A stretch of DNA of 64,000 bases, taken from positions 256,001 to 320,000 of the forward strand of contig CAVQRT010000007.1 in NCBI GenBank assembly GCA_963715195.1, in the 5' to 3' direction. Origin of the DNA: Thermodesulfovibrionales bacterium (GTDB taxonomy: Bacteria > Nitrospirota > Thermodesulfovibrionia > Thermodesulfovibrionales > SM23-35). Below are positions 29,966 to 39,436 of this stretch, in pieces; the stretch's first letter is position 1; each line of letters begins with the position of its first letter. A program made the position numbers and the translations under genes. The notes beneath the pieces are model-generated. The model ran no database searches, was not told where the DNA came from, and saw only the letters and a program-made list of their open reading frames with translations.

Positions 29966-30451
29966 TTAATGTGCGCCTCCGTGAATCATCGGCTTGTACC
30001 TAAAAGCCCTGACCCGCTCGGATGTGTGACAGATTTCGCAATCTTCAATCCTCATTTTTCTTTTTATATACCGGGTGTCTCTCAAGCTGACATGCTTTTC
30101 ACCGGGGCCATGGCATACTTCACACCCGGCATTTTTCAGATGTGGTGTTTTTTCGACACTTATAAACCCGCCCGGCTTGCCGTAGCCAGTCGTGTGACAG
30201 GCATAACATCCTTGCATCTCTTCTTCGGTTAATCCCTTTTGCAACCTCTCGATGCTCCTGAAAGAGGTAGCCTTTTTTGCATATGCTATGAAATTCCGGT
30301 ATTCGTCCTCATGACAGGCCCTGCAGGCTTCAGAACCGACATATCGCGGGACATTTTTTGTCCCCTGTTCTGGTGAAGATGAAGAAGGGACCAAACAAGA
30401 GAGGATGATAAACAGGATACATTGTACCGCAATATTTGAAAGCCTCTTCAT
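29966..30451 (-). CDS. Periplasmic tetraheme cytochrome c (c554-like)
   Basis: Signal peptide; YVGSEACRACH, CYACH, CEVCHGPG, CEICH; GGAGG RBS. Confidence 0.9.
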   Translation of the reverse strand: MKRLSNIAVQCILFIILSCLVPSSSSPEQGTKNVPRYVGSEACRACHEDEYRNFIAYAKKATSFRSIERLQKGLTEEEMQGCYACHTTGYGKPGGFISVEKTPHLKNAGCEVCHGPGEKHVSLRDTRYIKRKMRIEDCEICHTSERVRAFRYKPMIHGGAH

Positions 30452-30503
30452 GACCTTATTTTCCTCCATCATATGAAATTTTGCAACTCAGGTATAATGA
30501 GAT

Positions 30504-31271
30504 ATGGCTTTCGTGGTTGCGTTTGCAGGAAAAGGCGGGACAGGGAAAACAACCCTCGCAGGTCTTACCATCCGCTACATTATCGAGAAAAAGAAGATGC
30601 CGGTACTTGCGGTGGACGCTGATCCAAATAACTGCCTTAATGAAGCATTGGGCGTTGATGTTCTTGCAACGATAGGAAATCTCCGTGAGGACTCCCTGAC
30701 ATTGATCAGAAGCGGTTCCGAAAGGCCCGGCGGAATGTCCATGGAACAGATATTCGATTACCAGGTCCAGCAATCACTCATTGAATCAAACGGCTTCGAC
30801 CTGATGGTTATGGGGAGGCCTGAAGGCCCCGGATGTTATTGCGCTGCCAACAACATTATCAGGAAATACACTGACAGGCTTTCGGCAAGCTATCCATATG
30901 TCGTGATAGACAACGAGGCCGGTATGGAACACATCAGCAGAAGGACAACGCATATGGTGGATATTCTTCTGATCGTCAGCGATCCTACCGTGAGGGGGAT
31001 GCATACTGCAAAGAGAATCAGGAAGCTTGTTGATGATCTGCATCTCGAAGTCGACAGATGTGCAGTCATCATCAACAGGGCCGCAGCGAATGAGATATCA
31101 GCACTGCAAAGACACTCTGAGGAAGACAGGCTTTCAATTGCGGGTATCGTACCGCATGACCCTTCGATTGCCTATTTCGATCTGATGGGGAAACCTGTCT
31201 TTCAGATTTCAGCCGGCTCTGAGTCACTCAAGGCTTTCTTTCACATACTGGATTCATTGAAAATCCCATGA
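30504..31271 (+). CDS. CooC/AcsF-type nickel insertion ATPase
   Basis: GKGGTGKTT, VDADP, GPGCYC, DNEAGMEH.SR. Confidence 0.9.
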   Translation: MAFVVAFAGKGGTGKTTLAGLTIRYIIEKKKMPVLAVDADPNNCLNEALGVDVLATIGNLREDSLTLIRSGSERPGGMSMEQIFDYQVQQSLIESNGFDLMVMGRPEGPGCYCAANNIIRKYTDRLSASYPYVVIDNEAGMEHISRRTTHMVDILLIVSDPTVRGMHTAKRIRKLVDDLHLEVDRCAVIINRAAANEISALQRHSEEDRLSIAGIVPHDPSIAYFDLMGKPVFQISAGSESLKAFFHILDSLKIP

Positions 31272-31436
31272 GATTTACCGATATCCCGAATAGTTCTTAT
31301 AAAATTGTTTTTATCAAATTTCCCTTGATTTTTTTATACATCGGTTATAAAATTTCGGTCAATTTGGCATTGACAAAGCTTTCCTGTTGTATTATTTTTG
31401 ATATACGCAAGTATCCTGGAAGGAGGTGAGAATTTA

Positions 31437-31631
31437 ATGAAAAAGGTTATCGCTTTACTATTGGCATTAATGTTGTTGGTTGTTTTTTCAGTGGGTTGCA
31501 AACCGGCTGAGACACCAAAACCGGCAGAAGCTCCGGCACCGACAACGGAACAGGCTCCGGCTCCAGCTCCGGAACAGGCTCCGGCTCCGGCACCGGAACA
31601 GGCTCCAGCTCCTGAGAAGCCAGCACACTAA
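31437..31631 (+). CDS. Small Pro/Ala-rich lipoprotein
   Basis: GGAGGTG RBS; MKKVIALLLALMLLVVFSVGC lipobox; (EQAPAPAP)n tail. Confidence 0.8.
   Translation: MKKVIALLLALMLLVVFSVGCKPAETPKPAEAPAPTTEQAPAPAPEQAPAPAPEQAPAPEKPAH
31547..31613 (+). repeat. 24-bp coding tandem repeat, about 2.8 copies
   Basis: GGAACAGGCTCCGGCTCC(A/G)GC(T/A)CC units. Confidence 0.85.
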
Positions 31632-31645
31632 GAAGATAGTGGAAT

Positions 31646-31688
31646 ATTCAGGGGACAGAACTTTTTTGTCCCCTGAATTTGCTTTTTC
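31646..31688 (+). terminator. Intrinsic terminator
   Basis: ATTCAGGGGACA...TGTCCCCTGAAT 12-bp stem followed by TTGCTTTTT. Confidence 0.8.
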
Positions 31689-31736
31689 GGGCTGAAAACT
31701 GCTATAGTTTATCCAATTGCGGGTCGCGTTAATCTG

Positions 31737-31765
31737 AAGAGTGGGTTCCCCCACTCTTTTGTTTT
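31737..31765 (+). promoter_or_regulatory. rimP leader hairpin/attenuator
   Basis: AAGAGTGGG-TTC-CCCACTCTT-TTGTTTT directly upstream of rimP-nusA, matching the GTGGG/CCCAC leader commonly seen there. Confidence 0.75.
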
Positions 31766-31818
31766 GGAGGATGTTTACGTTTAGGCATACGCTTGGTTGA
31801 AAAGGCTGTTGTCCGGAA

Positions 31819-32271
31819 ATGAACACTATGAGGCAAAGAATTGTTAAGTTAGCAGAGCAGGCTGCTGAGGAGCAGGGTGTTGAACTCTTCGGCATTGATC
31901 TGCTGGGAAAGGGAAAATTATTGCTGAGAGTGTTTATTGATAAAGACGGCGGTGTCACCCTCGAAGAGTGCGAGAGGTTCAGTAAAGGCCTCGGTATCAT
32001 CCTTGATGTTGAAAACCCCATTTCGGGTTCATACACCCTGGAAGTATCATCACCGGGCATGAACCGGCCATTGAGAAGTCTGAAAGACTATGAAAAAAAT
32101 ATGGGGAAGCTTGCCCGTATTATCACAAAGGAAAAGATCGAAAACCAGAATTTCTTTGTCGGTCGCATATCAGCGATTCATGATGGAATCATCCATCTGC
32201 GTGCAGGCGAACACGATGTATATATCCCTGTTGAAAACATCTCGAGAGCCAGTCTGGAGATAGAAATATAA
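31819..32271 (+). CDS. rimP: Ribosome maturation factor
   Basis: LRVFIDKDGGVTLEEC, YTLEVSSPG..RPL. Confidence 0.95.
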   Translation: MNTMRQRIVKLAEQAAEEQGVELFGIDLLGKGKLLLRVFIDKDGGVTLEECERFSKGLGIILDVENPISGSYTLEVSSPGMNRPLRSLKDYEKNMGKLARIITKEKIENQNFFVGRISAIHDGIIHLRAGEHDVYIPVENISRASLEIEI

Positions 32272-33359
32272 TGTCAAAGGAACTTTTTCATGTAGTCGAG
32301 CAGATCAGCAAAGAAAAGGGTATTTCAAGAGAAATTTTAATCGAAGCCCTTCGCTCTGCGCTGCTTTCCGCGGCACGAAAAAAGTTCGGCGGAAGGACAA
32401 ATATTGATCTGAACATCGACCCGAAAACATACGATATCTCGTTCTTTGAAACCAGAAGGATTGTTCAGACTGTCTCCGAGGCAGATGAGGAAATTTCAAT
32501 CGTCGAAGCACGGAAAATCTCACCTGATGCAGCAGAAGGGGGTATTCTTACCATACCTCTCGATCTGCACGACTTCAGCAGGATAGCCGCTCAAACCGCA
32601 AAGCAGGTAATTTTTCAGAAGATGCGGGAAGCAGAAAGGGATGTTATTTACAACGAATTCAGTGATAAGGTCGGTCAGGTCGTCAGCGGAGTAGTCATGA
32701 GAAAGGAAAAAGGCGTATATTTCCTCAACCTCGGCAAGACAGAGGCAATTCTTCCCATGAAGGAAGCCCTCCCGAATGAAAATCTGAAAAGAGGCGATAC
32801 GATCAGGGCATATATAGAACAGGTGAAGATCACCCCGAAAGGTCCTGCTATTCTGGTCACAAGATCAAGTCCTCAATTTGTAGCAGCCCTTTTCAGGATG
32901 GAGGTACCGGAAATCAACGATGGACTGGTTATTATTAAGGATATTGTGAGGGAGCCGGGAGAGAGGACAAAGCTTGCGGTTTTTTCAAAAAATCCGTCCA
33001 TTGATCCCGTAGGGGCCTGTGTCGGCATGAAAGGTACGAGGGTACAGTCGATCGTGCGTGAACTCCGGGGTGAACGGATAGATATCATTCCATGGACCGA
33101 TGACCCGAGACAGCTTGTTGCGCGGGCGTTGAGTCCTGCATCAGTGGATAAAATCGGCATTAACGAGGAAACAAAGACCGCAATGGTCGTCGTCAATGAT
33201 CAGCAGCTCTCCCTTGCGATAGGCAAAAGGGGTCAGAATGTCAGGCTTGCCATGAAGCTTACGGGATGGGATATCGATATCCTGAGCGAATCCGAATATT
33301 CCAAGATGCGAATAGAAGAGGCTGACAAGACATTCTCTCCGCCTTCTTCTGATGCCTGA
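32271..33359 (+). CDS. nusA: Transcription termination factor NusA
   Basis: RIAAQTAKQVI, REPGERTK, DPVGACVG, LSLAIGKRGQNVRLA. Confidence 0.97.
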   Translation: MSKELFHVVEQISKEKGISREILIEALRSALLSAARKKFGGRTNIDLNIDPKTYDISFFETRRIVQTVSEADEEISIVEARKISPDAAEGGILTIPLDLHDFSRIAAQTAKQVIFQKMREAERDVIYNEFSDKVGQVVSGVVMRKEKGVYFLNLGKTEAILPMKEALPNENLKRGDTIRAYIEQVKITPKGPAILVTRSSPQFVAALFRMEVPEINDGLVIIKDIVREPGERTKLAVFSKNPSIDPVGACVGMKGTRVQSIVRELRGERIDIIPWTDDPRQLVARALSPASVDKIGINEETKTAMVVVNDQQLSLAIGKRGQNVRLAMKLTGWDIDILSESEYSKMRIEEADKTFSPPSSDA

Positions 33360-35442
33360 GGATCCCCCAGATTTTCCCATTCAATATATAAAGGGTGTAG
33401 GACCCCACCGGGCAAAACTCCTGAAACATCTCGGCATCAGAACCGTCAAAGATGCCCTATATTATCTGCCCTACCGCTATGAGGACAGAAGCACTATGAA
33501 AAAAATCAGCGGCCTCGCCTACGGTCAGACAGAGACGGTTGCCGGCACCGTGATTTCCGCAAGGGTGATAAAAACATCCGGAAGAAATTTCAGGATTTTC
33601 GAACTGGGTATCAATGACGGCAGCGCATTGCTAAAGGCAAAGTGGTTCAATCAGCCTTTCATGAAAAAAACCTTCACGGTCGGCACCAAAGTTGTGCTCT
33701 GCGGAACGGTCAGGAAGAATCCTTACTGGGGAATCGGTTTTGAAATGGACAACCCAGAATATGAAGTGATCAGCGACGCGGACGATGCTTCCATACACGT
33801 AAACAGGCTCGTTCCGGTGTACAGAGTCACCGGCGGCCTCAGCGTCAGGCAGATGCGTTCAATCATGTTTCAGGTGGTCAACACCCATAGCAATGATGTA
33901 ATTGACAGCGTTCCCCCTGAAATCCTCAAAAGGACTGCGCTCCCGGAATTGACTCCGGCTCTCACTCAGATACATTTCCCGGATGCCGGCACCGATATGA
34001 ACCTTCTGAACCGCGGGGAAAGCGCCTTCCATAAACGGCTCTCGTTTGATGAACTCTTTCTGCTTGAACTCGGACTCGCCGTGTTAAAAAAAGGTACGCT
34101 GTCTGAAAACGGCATAGCGTTTCAACCTTCGGGTCTCATTTTGAAAAATCTCATTGATTCCTTGCCGTTTGATCTTACGAGGGCCCAGCAAAAAGTCTTC
34201 AGCGAAATCCTGAATGACATGAAGAGGGCATGCCCGATGAACAGACTTATACAGGGCGATGTCGGATGCGGAAAGACAATCGTGGCATTGATGGCCATGG
34301 TGACAGCCGCGGAGAATGGTTATCAGTCGGCACTCATGGCACCGACAGAGATACTCGCCGAACAGCATTACCTGAGCATATACAGAACTTTGGAAAAACT
34401 GGGTCTGAAAACGTGTCTTCTGACCGGAAGCAGCAGGGACAGACCACTTCAGCAGATCGCTTCAGGAAAAATAAACATGGTAGTCGGTACCCATTCCCTG
34501 ATCCAGGAAGGAGTAAGTTTCGGGAATCTGGGCCTGATTATCATAGACGAACAGCACCGGTTTGGTGTCATGCAGAGGGCTCTCCTGAAAAGAAAAGCCC
34601 TGAATCCGGATGTACTCGTTATGACAGCAACTCCCATCCCAAGAACACTTGCACTCACCCTGTTCGGTGACCTTGATTATTCTGTCATTGATGAACTTCC
34701 TGCGGAAAGACGCCCGGTCAAAACTCTCCTTTTTCAGGCAGATCAAAAAGAACCGGTATACCGGCTTATCCGGGAAGAGGTAAAAAAGGGGAGACAGGTT
34801 TATGTTGTTTATCCGGTCATTGAAGAATCGGAGAAAACTGATCTCAGGTCTGCGCTCAACGGGAAGACGGCCTTTCAAAAGGTTTTTCCCGGATTGAAAA
34901 TAGGTCTCATGCACGGAAGAATGAAGACACAGGACAGGGAACAGGTCATGGCATTATTCAGACAGGGAGAGATCGACATCCTTGTCTGTACAACGGTAAT
35001 CGAGGTCGGTGTCGACGTGCCAAATGCGTCGCTTATGATTATAATACATGCAGAGCGGTTCGGCCTTTCACAGCTTCATCAACTGCGCGGCAGGATAGGC
35101 AGGGGACCGTATCAGTCCTTTTGCATTTTGCTGGCGTATGCGCCCTATGGAGAAGAGGCCGGGAGGCGTCTTGACATCATGGTAAAGAGCAATGACGGCT
35201 TCAGGATTGCCGAGGAAGACCTGAATATTCGGGGGCCAGGAGATTTTTTCGGTACCCGGCAGTCCGGGATGCCCGATCTCAAAATAGCGAATATCGTGCG
35301 GGATGCCGGGCTTCTCAATCAAGCAAGAGAGGAGGCATTCAGCCTCATTGAAGACGATCCTGACCTAAGGGAATACCCTCTTCTCAAACGTTCGGCTGAA
35401 CATTTCTGGGAAGAGAAAATCGAACTGTTGAAGACCGGATAG
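33352..35442 (+). CDS. recG: ATP-dependent DNA helicase RecG
   Basis: QGDVGCGKT, DEQHRFG, MTATPIPRTL, QLHQLRGR.GRG, DGFRIAEEDL..RGPG. Confidence 0.97.
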   Translation: MPEDPPDFPIQYIKGVGPHRAKLLKHLGIRTVKDALYYLPYRYEDRSTMKKISGLAYGQTETVAGTVISARVIKTSGRNFRIFELGINDGSALLKAKWFNQPFMKKTFTVGTKVVLCGTVRKNPYWGIGFEMDNPEYEVISDADDASIHVNRLVPVYRVTGGLSVRQMRSIMFQVVNTHSNDVIDSVPPEILKRTALPELTPALTQIHFPDAGTDMNLLNRGESAFHKRLSFDELFLLELGLAVLKKGTLSENGIAFQPSGLILKNLIDSLPFDLTRAQQKVFSEILNDMKRACPMNRLIQGDVGCGKTIVALMAMVTAAENGYQSALMAPTEILAEQHYLSIYRTLEKLGLKTCLLTGSSRDRPLQQIASGKINMVVGTHSLIQEGVSFGNLGLIIIDEQHRFGVMQRALLKRKALNPDVLVMTATPIPRTLALTLFGDLDYSVIDELPAERRPVKTLLFQADQKEPVYRLIREEVKKGRQVYVVYPVIEESEKTDLRSALNGKTAFQKVFPGLKIGLMHGRMKTQDREQVMALFRQGEIDILVCTTVIEVGVDVPNASLMIIIHAERFGLSQLHQLRGRIGRGPYQSFCILLAYAPYGEEAGRRLDIMVKSNDGFRIAEEDLNIRGPGDFFGTRQSGMPDLKIANIVRDAGLLNQAREEAFSLIEDDPDLREYPLLKRSAEHFWEEKIELLKTG

Positions 35443-35452
35443 GGGGAATCAT

Positions 35453-35767
35453 ATGTTGAAGAGAATAAAGGACAGCTTTGACCATGGTGTCGCAAAAATT
35501 AAATGGTTTTCCTCACTGATATCGGACCGCGTGAAGGTGGAGTTGTCTGTCATAAAACTGCTCTATGAATCCGATCAGATGGAAAAAAGGAAGGAAGATT
35601 TAATGAGGACAATAGGCCGGCGTGTCATTGAGTTGAAAGAGTATTCCGACAGGCAGGTTCTGAATGACAGCACCATTGCAGAGGCGATTGCTGAGATTGA
35701 ACAAATCACCCTCGAAATTGAACAGACGAGGAAAAAGGCTTCGGAGATAAGCAAGATAGAGGAGTAA
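35453..35767 (+). CDS. Hypothetical coiled-coil protein
   Basis: 104-aa ORF with RBS, coupled to pilD; helical, charged. Confidence 0.7.
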   Translation: MLKRIKDSFDHGVAKIKWFSSLISDRVKVELSVIKLLYESDQMEKRKEDLMRTIGRRVIELKEYSDRQVLNDSTIAEAIAEIEQITLEIEQTRKKASEISKIEE

Positions 35768-36543
35768 TGAGTGATATCGCACCCTATATAATCATTTTCT
35801 CTCTTGGTGCCCTCGTCGGCTCTTTTCTGAATGTCTGCATTTACCGCGTTCCGCGGAATCTTTCGATCATCTTTCCCTCCTCAAGATGTCCTTCCTGCAA
35901 TACGCCGATCAAACCATATGATAATATTCCTGTCCTCAGTTATATCCTGCTCGGCGGCAAATGCAGGGTTTGCAACACAGGCATATCTTTGCGGTACCCG
36001 TTTGTTGAACTGCTCAATGCGGCACTCTATGTTCTCGTTCTCTACAGTTTTGGATTTGCATGGCATGCCGTTATCTATGGAATTCTGTGTTCTGCCCTCG
36101 TTGTGATAACCTTTATCGACCTTGACTTTCAGATTATTCCCGACGTCATAACCCTGCCGGGAATCCTCATCGGGATTGTCGCGGGTTCTCTGCTGATGCC
36201 GGATCCTTTTGCGAGACATGCCCTTCTCGGATTCAGGGCGTCTGCTGCGGGTCTCCTCGCTGGCGGTGGACTCTTCTATGCAATAGCGGTACTCAGCAAG
36301 GGAGGCATGGGTGGCGGAGATATCAAATTGATGGCCATGGTGGGTGCTCTCATGGGATGGAAATCCGTTTTTTTGACAATATTTCTTGGGAGCCTTACCG
36401 GTGCTCTCTTCGGGATAGTTCTCATGGTTACCCAGGGCAAGGGCAGAAAGACCAAAATACCGTTCGGACCGTTTCTCGCCCTCGGGACATTGATAACCCT
36501 TTTCTACGGACAGGAAATTTTTTCCTGGTATTTTTCCCGGTGA
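35767..36543 (+). CDS. pilD: Prepilin peptidase
   Basis: GSFLNVCIYR, two CxxC, IDLD..IIPD, MGGGDIKL, IPFGPFL. Confidence 0.95.
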   Translation: MSDIAPYIIIFSLGALVGSFLNVCIYRVPRNLSIIFPSSRCPSCNTPIKPYDNIPVLSYILLGGKCRVCNTGISLRYPFVELLNAALYVLVLYSFGFAWHAVIYGILCSALVVITFIDLDFQIIPDVITLPGILIGIVAGSLLMPDPFARHALLGFRASAAGLLAGGGLFYAIAVLSKGGMGGGDIKLMAMVGALMGWKSVFLTIFLGSLTGALFGIVLMVTQGKGRKTKIPFGPFLALGTLITLFYGQEIFSWYFSR

Positions 36544-36549
36544 CGTAAA

Positions 36550-37803
36550 ATGACCGCGGAGATTATCTTCTTTTATTCGATCGCCGTAATCGTTGCCGGT
36601 GCAATACTTCTGTTTTTTTTCCGGCTGCTGCTCCGGTATTCCGGAGCAAAGAAAATCAAGGAGGACAAGGATTCATCTCAGGTAGGATTTGTCGTTGATA
36701 CGTTTCATGAACTTGTTTCACAGCTCAAGGAGAAGGAGAAAGAGCTTGAAGTCCTGAGGAAGATGGCGGAAGACAGGGCAACCGCAATAGAAGGGTACAA
36801 TGAAAATATCCTGCAGAGCGTTCAGAGCGGAGTCATAAGCTTCGACGAGGAGATGAAGATCACAAAAATAAATCTTGCCGCCTCGAAAATACTGGAAATT
36901 CAGGGAGACAGCATGATCGGTCAATTTCACGATGCGGTCCTGAATAAACCAATTACCGATTTTCTGAGGGACAGGAAAATCATTGAACGCGGTGAGATTA
37001 GCTATGTCACCCCCTCAGGGAAGAGAATCTGGCTCGGGCTCACGCTTTCACCGCTGAAAAACAGCGAAGGCACAACAATCGGACAGATCCTGATCTTTAC
37101 CGACCTCACCCACCTCAAGGCAATCGAGTCCCAGATGGAACTGCGGAACAAACTCTCAAGCCTCGGTGAGATATCTGCCGGGATAGCCCACGAGTTAAGA
37201 AACCCGATGGGCGTCATAGCGGGGTACACAAAGATCCTCTCAAAAAAAGCTGAAAGCTCCCTCATGCCAACCGTCGATGCCATATCCAGAGAAATCATCG
37301 TCATGGACAGAATCATCTCCGATTTCCTGTCATTCGCACGACCTGTCGAACTGAATCCCGCGGATATCGATCTCAAGGCGATTATCGAATATTGTCTCAT
37401 GGCAACCGCAGAGAAGCGGAATGATATTGATCTTCGAATCGGGATCGCAAACCTGCCCCTCATGAAAGGTGATGAAGTGCTTATGAGACAGGCATTTATC
37501 AATCTCATTCAAAATGCTCTCGAAGCAATGCCGCAGGGTGGAACGCTGACAATCAGAGGGATCCCGTCAGGCAACGATTATCTGGACATCACTGTCACAG
37601 ATACCGGCCACGGCATTTCTGAAAATGTAAAAGACAAAATTTTCCTCCCGTTTTTTACCACCAAAGAGAAGGGAACAGGCCTTGGGCTTGCAATCGTACA
37701 CAAGATTGTGATATCACATGGCGGGAGCATTCACGTTGACAGCAGTGACAAAGGAACAGCATTCAGGCTCCGCCTTCCGGTGGGAAGCACACATACACCC
37801 TGA
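36550..37803 (+). CDS. PAS-domain sensor histidine kinase (NtrB/PilS-like)
   Basis: TM, PAS, AHELRNP, PFFTTKEKGTGLGL. Confidence 0.9.
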   Translation: MTAEIIFFYSIAVIVAGAILLFFFRLLLRYSGAKKIKEDKDSSQVGFVVDTFHELVSQLKEKEKELEVLRKMAEDRATAIEGYNENILQSVQSGVISFDEEMKITKINLAASKILEIQGDSMIGQFHDAVLNKPITDFLRDRKIIERGEISYVTPSGKRIWLGLTLSPLKNSEGTTIGQILIFTDLTHLKAIESQMELRNKLSSLGEISAGIAHELRNPMGVIAGYTKILSKKAESSLMPTVDAISREIIVMDRIISDFLSFARPVELNPADIDLKAIIEYCLMATAEKRNDIDLRIGIANLPLMKGDEVLMRQAFINLIQNALEAMPQGGTLTIRGIPSGNDYLDITVTDTGHGISENVKDKIFLPFFTTKEKGTGLGLAIVHKIVISHGGSIHVDSSDKGTAFRLRLPVGSTHTP

Positions 37804-37866
37804 TTATCCGGCATCAATAGCTTTATCGACAAGAATTACGGATAGAGCAGTTCCTGAAAAAAACTC

Positions 37867-37896
37867 TTGACAATTCTTATTTTATTGTTATATATA
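37867..37896 (+). promoter_or_regulatory. Putative sigma70 promoter of the Hsp20 operon
   Basis: TTGACA followed 16-18 nt later by TATATA. Confidence 0.65.
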
Positions 37897-37902
37897 AATA
37901 TA

Positions 37903-37929
37903 TTAGCACTCACGATATGAGAGTGCTAA
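37903..37929. promoter_or_regulatory. CIRCE element (HrcA operator)
   Basis: Perfect TTAGCACTC-N9-GAGTGCTAA upstream of three Hsp20 genes. Confidence 0.97.
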
Positions 37930-37979
37930 TCCAATATTAATTGATTTTCAAGACAATTTTCACAGGGAGGTGAAAGATT

Positions 37980-38411
37980 ATGTTATGGTCAGATTTGGAA
38001 AAGCTTGGAAGGTTTTGGGACCCGTGGAGGGAGTTTGAGCGCATGCAGCGTTCTCTCTCAGGGCGGACATTTTCTTCCTCCGCGGAATTCCCTCTGGTCA
38101 ATGTGTGGACATCCGGCGATGAAGCGATATTCACTACTGAAATCCCGGGAGTTGATCCGAAATCAATCGACATCTCGGTTGTGGGGAAAACGGTTACCAT
38201 TCGCGGGTCGCGCGATCCGGAAAATCTCAGCGAAGGAGCGTCCTATCACCGGAGAGAGCGGTGGACCGGGCAGTTTACAAAATCTGTCGAAATGCCCTTC
38301 TCCATTGAAGCATCTAAAGTTGAAGCGAAATTCAGCAGGGGCGTACTCCGCATAACCGCCCCGCGCGCAGAAGCCGAGAAACCGAAAAAAATCGCAGTAA
38401 AATCAGACTAA
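37980..38411 (+). CDS. Hsp20 small heat-shock protein
   Basis: FPLVNV, EIPGV, RRER..G.F, GVL.IT.PR. Confidence 0.93.
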   Translation: MLWSDLEKLGRFWDPWREFERMQRSLSGRTFSSSAEFPLVNVWTSGDEAIFTTEIPGVDPKSIDISVVGKTVTIRGSRDPENLSEGASYHRRERWTGQFTKSVEMPFSIEASKVEAKFSRGVLRITAPRAEAEKPKKIAVKSD

Positions 38412-38435
38412 GTGTATTAGAGGAGGTGATTGTAT

Positions 38436-38843
38436 ATGGCGGAACCAGCCAAGGAAGTACAGAAAAAAGAAGCTGAAACACCCGAAAAGGGGGAACTCAC
38501 AAGGGCACGGAGGATATTTTCCCCTGCCGTTGATATCATAGAGCGGAAGGACGACATTGTCGTTGTAGCGGATATTCCCGGTGTTGATGATAAAACAATA
38601 GATATCACCCTTGAAAAAAATGTCCTCACTCTCTATGGCAGGGTAGAAGCTGATATCCCGGAAAAACACACCCTCTGCCTTTCCGAGTACGGCATCGGGG
38701 ATTATCAGAGAGTTTTCACCCTTACCGATGAGGTTAACAGAGAGAAGATCGAGGCAACCGTCAAAAACGGTGTTTTAACCATTCTTCTGCCCAAGGCCGA
38801 GATTGTGAAAACTAAAAAAATATCGGTCAGGGCTGGAGCATAA
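38436..38843 (+). CDS. Hsp20 small heat-shock protein
   Basis: PAVDIIE, ADIPGV, NGVLTILLPK. Confidence 0.93.
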   Translation: MAEPAKEVQKKEAETPEKGELTRARRIFSPAVDIIERKDDIVVVADIPGVDDKTIDITLEKNVLTLYGRVEADIPEKHTLCLSEYGIGDYQRVFTLTDEVNREKIEATVKNGVLTILLPKAEIVKTKKISVRAGA

Positions 38844-38858
38844 CGAAGAAGGGAGGTA

Positions 38859-39356
38859 GTGAATATGACGAAGAAAAATGTCATACCATCCGAAAAAAAG
38901 AGTGTACCGGTAAAACGCGAGGAGTATCATCCTTTCTCGCTCCTTCGTGAGGAAATGAATACGCTCTTTGACAATTTCTTCCGCGGCTTCGAAATTGAAC
39001 CGTTCAGGAGCCGTTTTGGAGCTTTCAGTCCGAGCATTGATGTGAAGGAATCCGATACGGACATCTCGGTCACTGCGGAGCTTCCGGGTATGAATGACAA
39101 GGATATCGATGTCTCCCTGACGAGGGATTCCCTCACAATCAAAGGCGAAAAGAAAGAAGAGAAGGAGGAAAAGGGGAAGGACTACTACCGCATGGAACGG
39201 TCCTTTGGATCATTCAGCCGCACCATTCCTCTGCCTTCAGAAATTGCCACGGACAAGGTCAAGGCCGAATTCAAGAAGGGATTGCTGACCGTTACCCTCC
39301 CCAAGACAGAAAAAGCGATCAGGGAGACAAAAAAGATTTCTGTAAAAGCAGACTAA
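38859..39356 (+). CDS. Hsp20 small heat-shock protein
   Basis: PSIDVKE, AELPG, ERSFGSFSR, GLLTVTLPK. Confidence 0.93.
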   Translation: MNMTKKNVIPSEKKSVPVKREEYHPFSLLREEMNTLFDNFFRGFEIEPFRSRFGAFSPSIDVKESDTDISVTAELPGMNDKDIDVSLTRDSLTIKGEKKEEKEEKGKDYYRMERSFGSFSRTIPLPSEIATDKVKAEFKKGLLTVTLPKTEKAIRETKKISVKAD

Positions 39357-39371
39357 TCTGAACATTACCGG

Positions 39372-39400
39372 CGTGCCGGCATGTTTCCATGCCGGCATGT
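39372..39400. terminator. Strong inverted repeat after the Hsp20 operon (no T tract)
   Basis: GTGCCGGCATG-TTTC-CATGCCGGCAT. Confidence 0.45.
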
Positions 39401-39436
39401 CATTCCAATCCCCTCTCCCTTCCTTTATAATCAAGC

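Noticed and set aside
31547..31613. Direct repeats as a possible CRISPR array
   Set aside because: No spacers; it is an in-frame coding tandem repeat, and no cas genes are present.
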